Shown one piece after another: positions 62,123-64,000 of a DNA stretch of 64,000 bases. Origin of the DNA: Nannocystis bainbridge (GTDB lineage Bacteria; Myxococcota_A; Polyangia; Nannocystales; Nannocystaceae); assembly GCF_028368995.1 (NCBI RefSeq), contig NZ_JAQNDL010000002.1:960001-1024000 (forward strand), in the 5' to 3' direction. A program made the translations under genes and the position numbers. The notes under the pieces are model-generated. The model had not been told where the DNA came from, made no database searches, and saw nothing but the letters and a program-made list of their open reading frames with translations. Each line of letters opens with the position of its first letter. Position 1 is the first letter of the stretch.

Positions 62123-62179
62123 GGCGCTTGGGACCTGTCGGAAAGGACCTGTCGGAAGGGACCTGTCGAAAAGCTCAGG
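62106..62179. repeat. 14-bp-phased array filling the serS-trpS intergenic region
   Basis: GATG 62106, CATG 62120, CCTG 62134, 62148, 62162, CAGG 62176. GGACCTGTCG occurs three times. Confidence 0.9.
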
Positions 62180-63548
62180 CGCGGCGGCGGGGGCCGATCA
62201 CCGGCTTGCCGACCAGTGGCTGCAGGACCTCGGGGACGGCGACGGTGCCGTCGGCCTGCTGGTAGTTCTCGAGGATGGCGACGAGGGCCCGCGAGGTGGC
62301 GACGGCGGTGCCGTTCAGCATGTGGACGTGGCGCGGCTTGGGCTTGCCGTCGCCGGCCGGGCGGTAGCGGATCCGCAGGCGGCGGGCCTGGTAGTCGGTG
62401 CAGTTCGAGGTGCTGGTGATCTCGCCGTGGGCGCCGCGGCCGGGCATCCACGCCTCGAGGTCGAACTTGCGGAAGGCGGGGCCGCCGAGGTCGCCGCTGG
62501 CGATGTCGAGGACGCGGTAGGGGATCTTCAGGGCCTGGAAGATCTCCTCTTCGAGGGCGAGCAGGCGCTCGTGCATCGCCTCGCTCTGCTCCGGCGTGGT
62601 GAAGGCGAACAGCTCGACCTTGGTGAACTGGTGCACGCGGTAGAGGCCCTTCGACTCCTGGCCCGAGGAGCCGGCCTCGGTGCGGAAGCAGTGCGACAGG
62701 CCGGCGAGCAGCAGCGGGAGCTGCTCCTCCTCGAGGATCGCGTCGGCGAGCATGCCGCCGAGCGTGATCTCGGCGGTGCCGACCAGGCACAGGTCGCTGT
62801 CGGCGATGCTGTAGACCTGGGTCGACTCGCCGCGCGGCTGGAACCCGAGGCCGCGCAGGATCTCCTCGCGCGCGAGGTCCGGCGTGGTGTGCAGCGTGAA
62901 GCCGTGGCGGGCGGCGACGGCGAGCGCGAAGTGCTGCAGCGCGAGGTCGAGGAGCACCGCCTCGTGCTTGAGGTAGTAGAACTTCTGGCCGGCGACCCGG
63001 GCGCCCGCCTCGAAATCGACGAGGTCGAGCGACTCGGCGACCGCGAGGTGGTCGCGCGGAGCGAAGCCCTCGGCGGGGAAGTCGCGCGGGGTGCCGACGC
63101 GGCGCAGCTCGCGGTGGTCGTCGTCGGTGCGGCCGCGCGGGGTGCTCTCGTGGGTGAGGTTGGGGACGCGGGTCCAGGCCTCGTCGCGGGCGCGCAGGGC
63201 GGCCTCGGTCTGGTCGACGAGAGATCTCTCGTCGGTGCGCAGCTGCTTGCCCTGCTCGATGAGACGGGCCCGTTCGCCGGCCTGCTGGTCCTTGGGCAGC
63301 GCAGCGACCGACTTCATGGCGGCGCTGGTCTGGTTCTGCTGCTGGCGGAGCTCGTCCTGGCGGCGGAGCAGGCCGAGGTAGGCGGCGTCGAGGTCGACGA
63401 GGCGGGCGACGGTCTGCGCGGCCCAGTCGGCGCCCGCGGGGTCGGCGGCGGAGCCAGGGGCGAGGTCCTCGAACACGCGGGCGTGGCGGTCGCGCAGGTT
63501 CTGGGCGATCCGGGCGCTGTCATCGCGGAGGACGTGGATGTCGAGCAT
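62175..63548 (-). CDS. serS: Serine--tRNA ligase
   Basis: MLDI, N-terminal coiled coil, GTAE, CFRTEAG, GLYRVHQFTKVE, EITSTSNCTDYQARR, HMLNGT, ILENYQ. Confidence 0.97.
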   Translation of the reverse strand: MLDIHVLRDDSARIAQNLRDRHARVFEDLAPGSAADPAGADWAAQTVARLVDLDAAYLGLLRRQDELRQQQNQTSAAMKSVAALPKDQQAGERARLIEQGKQLRTDERSLVDQTEAALRARDEAWTRVPNLTHESTPRGRTDDDHRELRRVGTPRDFPAEGFAPRDHLAVAESLDLVDFEAGARVAGQKFYYLKHEAVLLDLALQHFALAVAARHGFTLHTTPDLAREEILRGLGFQPRGESTQVYSIADSDLCLVGTAEITLGGMLADAILEEEQLPLLLAGLSHCFRTEAGSSGQESKGLYRVHQFTKVELFAFTTPEQSEAMHERLLALEEEIFQALKIPYRVLDIASGDLGGPAFRKFDLEAWMPGRGAHGEITSTSNCTDYQARRLRIRYRPAGDGKPKPRHVHMLNGTAVATSRALVAILENYQQADGTVAVPEVLQPLVGKPVIGPRRRA

Positions 63549-63784
63549 GGGGCGCGGACATTAGCAGGCCCGGCGCGCGGGGGAAGGGGTCGCTCGTGGG
63601 GGCCGCAGCGGGGGCGCGGGGGGCCGTCGGCGGAAATCAGCGCTTGACCCAACGGGGCCGCTCACGCATCCTACGCCGCTCCAAAGCGCCGGCCGCCGGC
63701 CGGCCCGGGACCCTCGGGTCGCCCGAATTCGGGCGAATCAGGCCCCGTAGACCAACATTTGCCGCCACAGAGGTCCTTGCCGCC

Positions 63785-63970
63785 ATGGGATACGCAGACA
63801 ACCGCCACACGCCGAAGATGCGCCAGCGCCGGAGCCGGAACAAGCTGATCGCCCGCCTCAAGCGCAAGGCGGCCGAGGTCAAGGCGACCCGCCTGGCCAA
63901 CAAGCAGAACGCCCCGGTCGAGTCCGGCAGCAAGAAGACGAAGACCAAGAAGAAGACCGACAAGGGCTAG
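63785..63970 (+). CDS. Small basic hypothetical protein
   Basis: 61 aa, Lys/Arg-rich, strong GC3 bias, divergent from serS. Confidence 0.6.
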   Translation: MGYADNRHTPKMRQRRSRNKLIARLKRKAAEVKATRLANKQNAPVESGSKKTKTKKKTDKG

Positions 63971-64000
63971 TCGGTCGCGGAACGGAGAGGGGCCTGTCCC

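Overview
Very GC-rich bacterial chromosomal window. It is most consistent with a myxobacterium, probably Nannocystis-like, inferred from a RomR-valS pair, a PEGA-domain Ser/Thr kinase, an Oar-type TonB-dependent receptor and many Thr/Ser-linker Cys-rich lipoproteins. Housekeeping genes are yacG, ffh, valS, cdd, rsmE, mpl, trpS, serS and tRNA-His. Also present are a Cu+ P1B-ATPase, an AidB-like acyl-CoA dehydrogenase, an ECF sigma/anti-sigma pair and a tandem array of at least 4 paralogous Cys-rich beta-helix lipoproteins. No transposase, integrase, prophage or CRISPR-Cas is evident. The most striking unexplained signal is a 14-bp palindromic unit, consensus TGTCC-N4-GGACA. It is iterated head-to-tail so that CATG/CAGG/CCTG junctions recur at an exact 14-bp period, in more than 25 arrays of 2-10 junctions across the whole window. 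The arrays lie between genes, form terminator hairpins, sit in-frame inside genes (twice as 42-bp/14-aa repeats), and coincide with A/T-ending codons at conserved protein motifs. A second notable element is an orphan, intact-ORF but heavily degenerate nuoJKLMN-like operon that appears to have lost most of the charged residues needed for proton pumping. Coordinates were counted by hand and may be off by a few bases. All homology calls are by eye, from memory of the families, not from searches.
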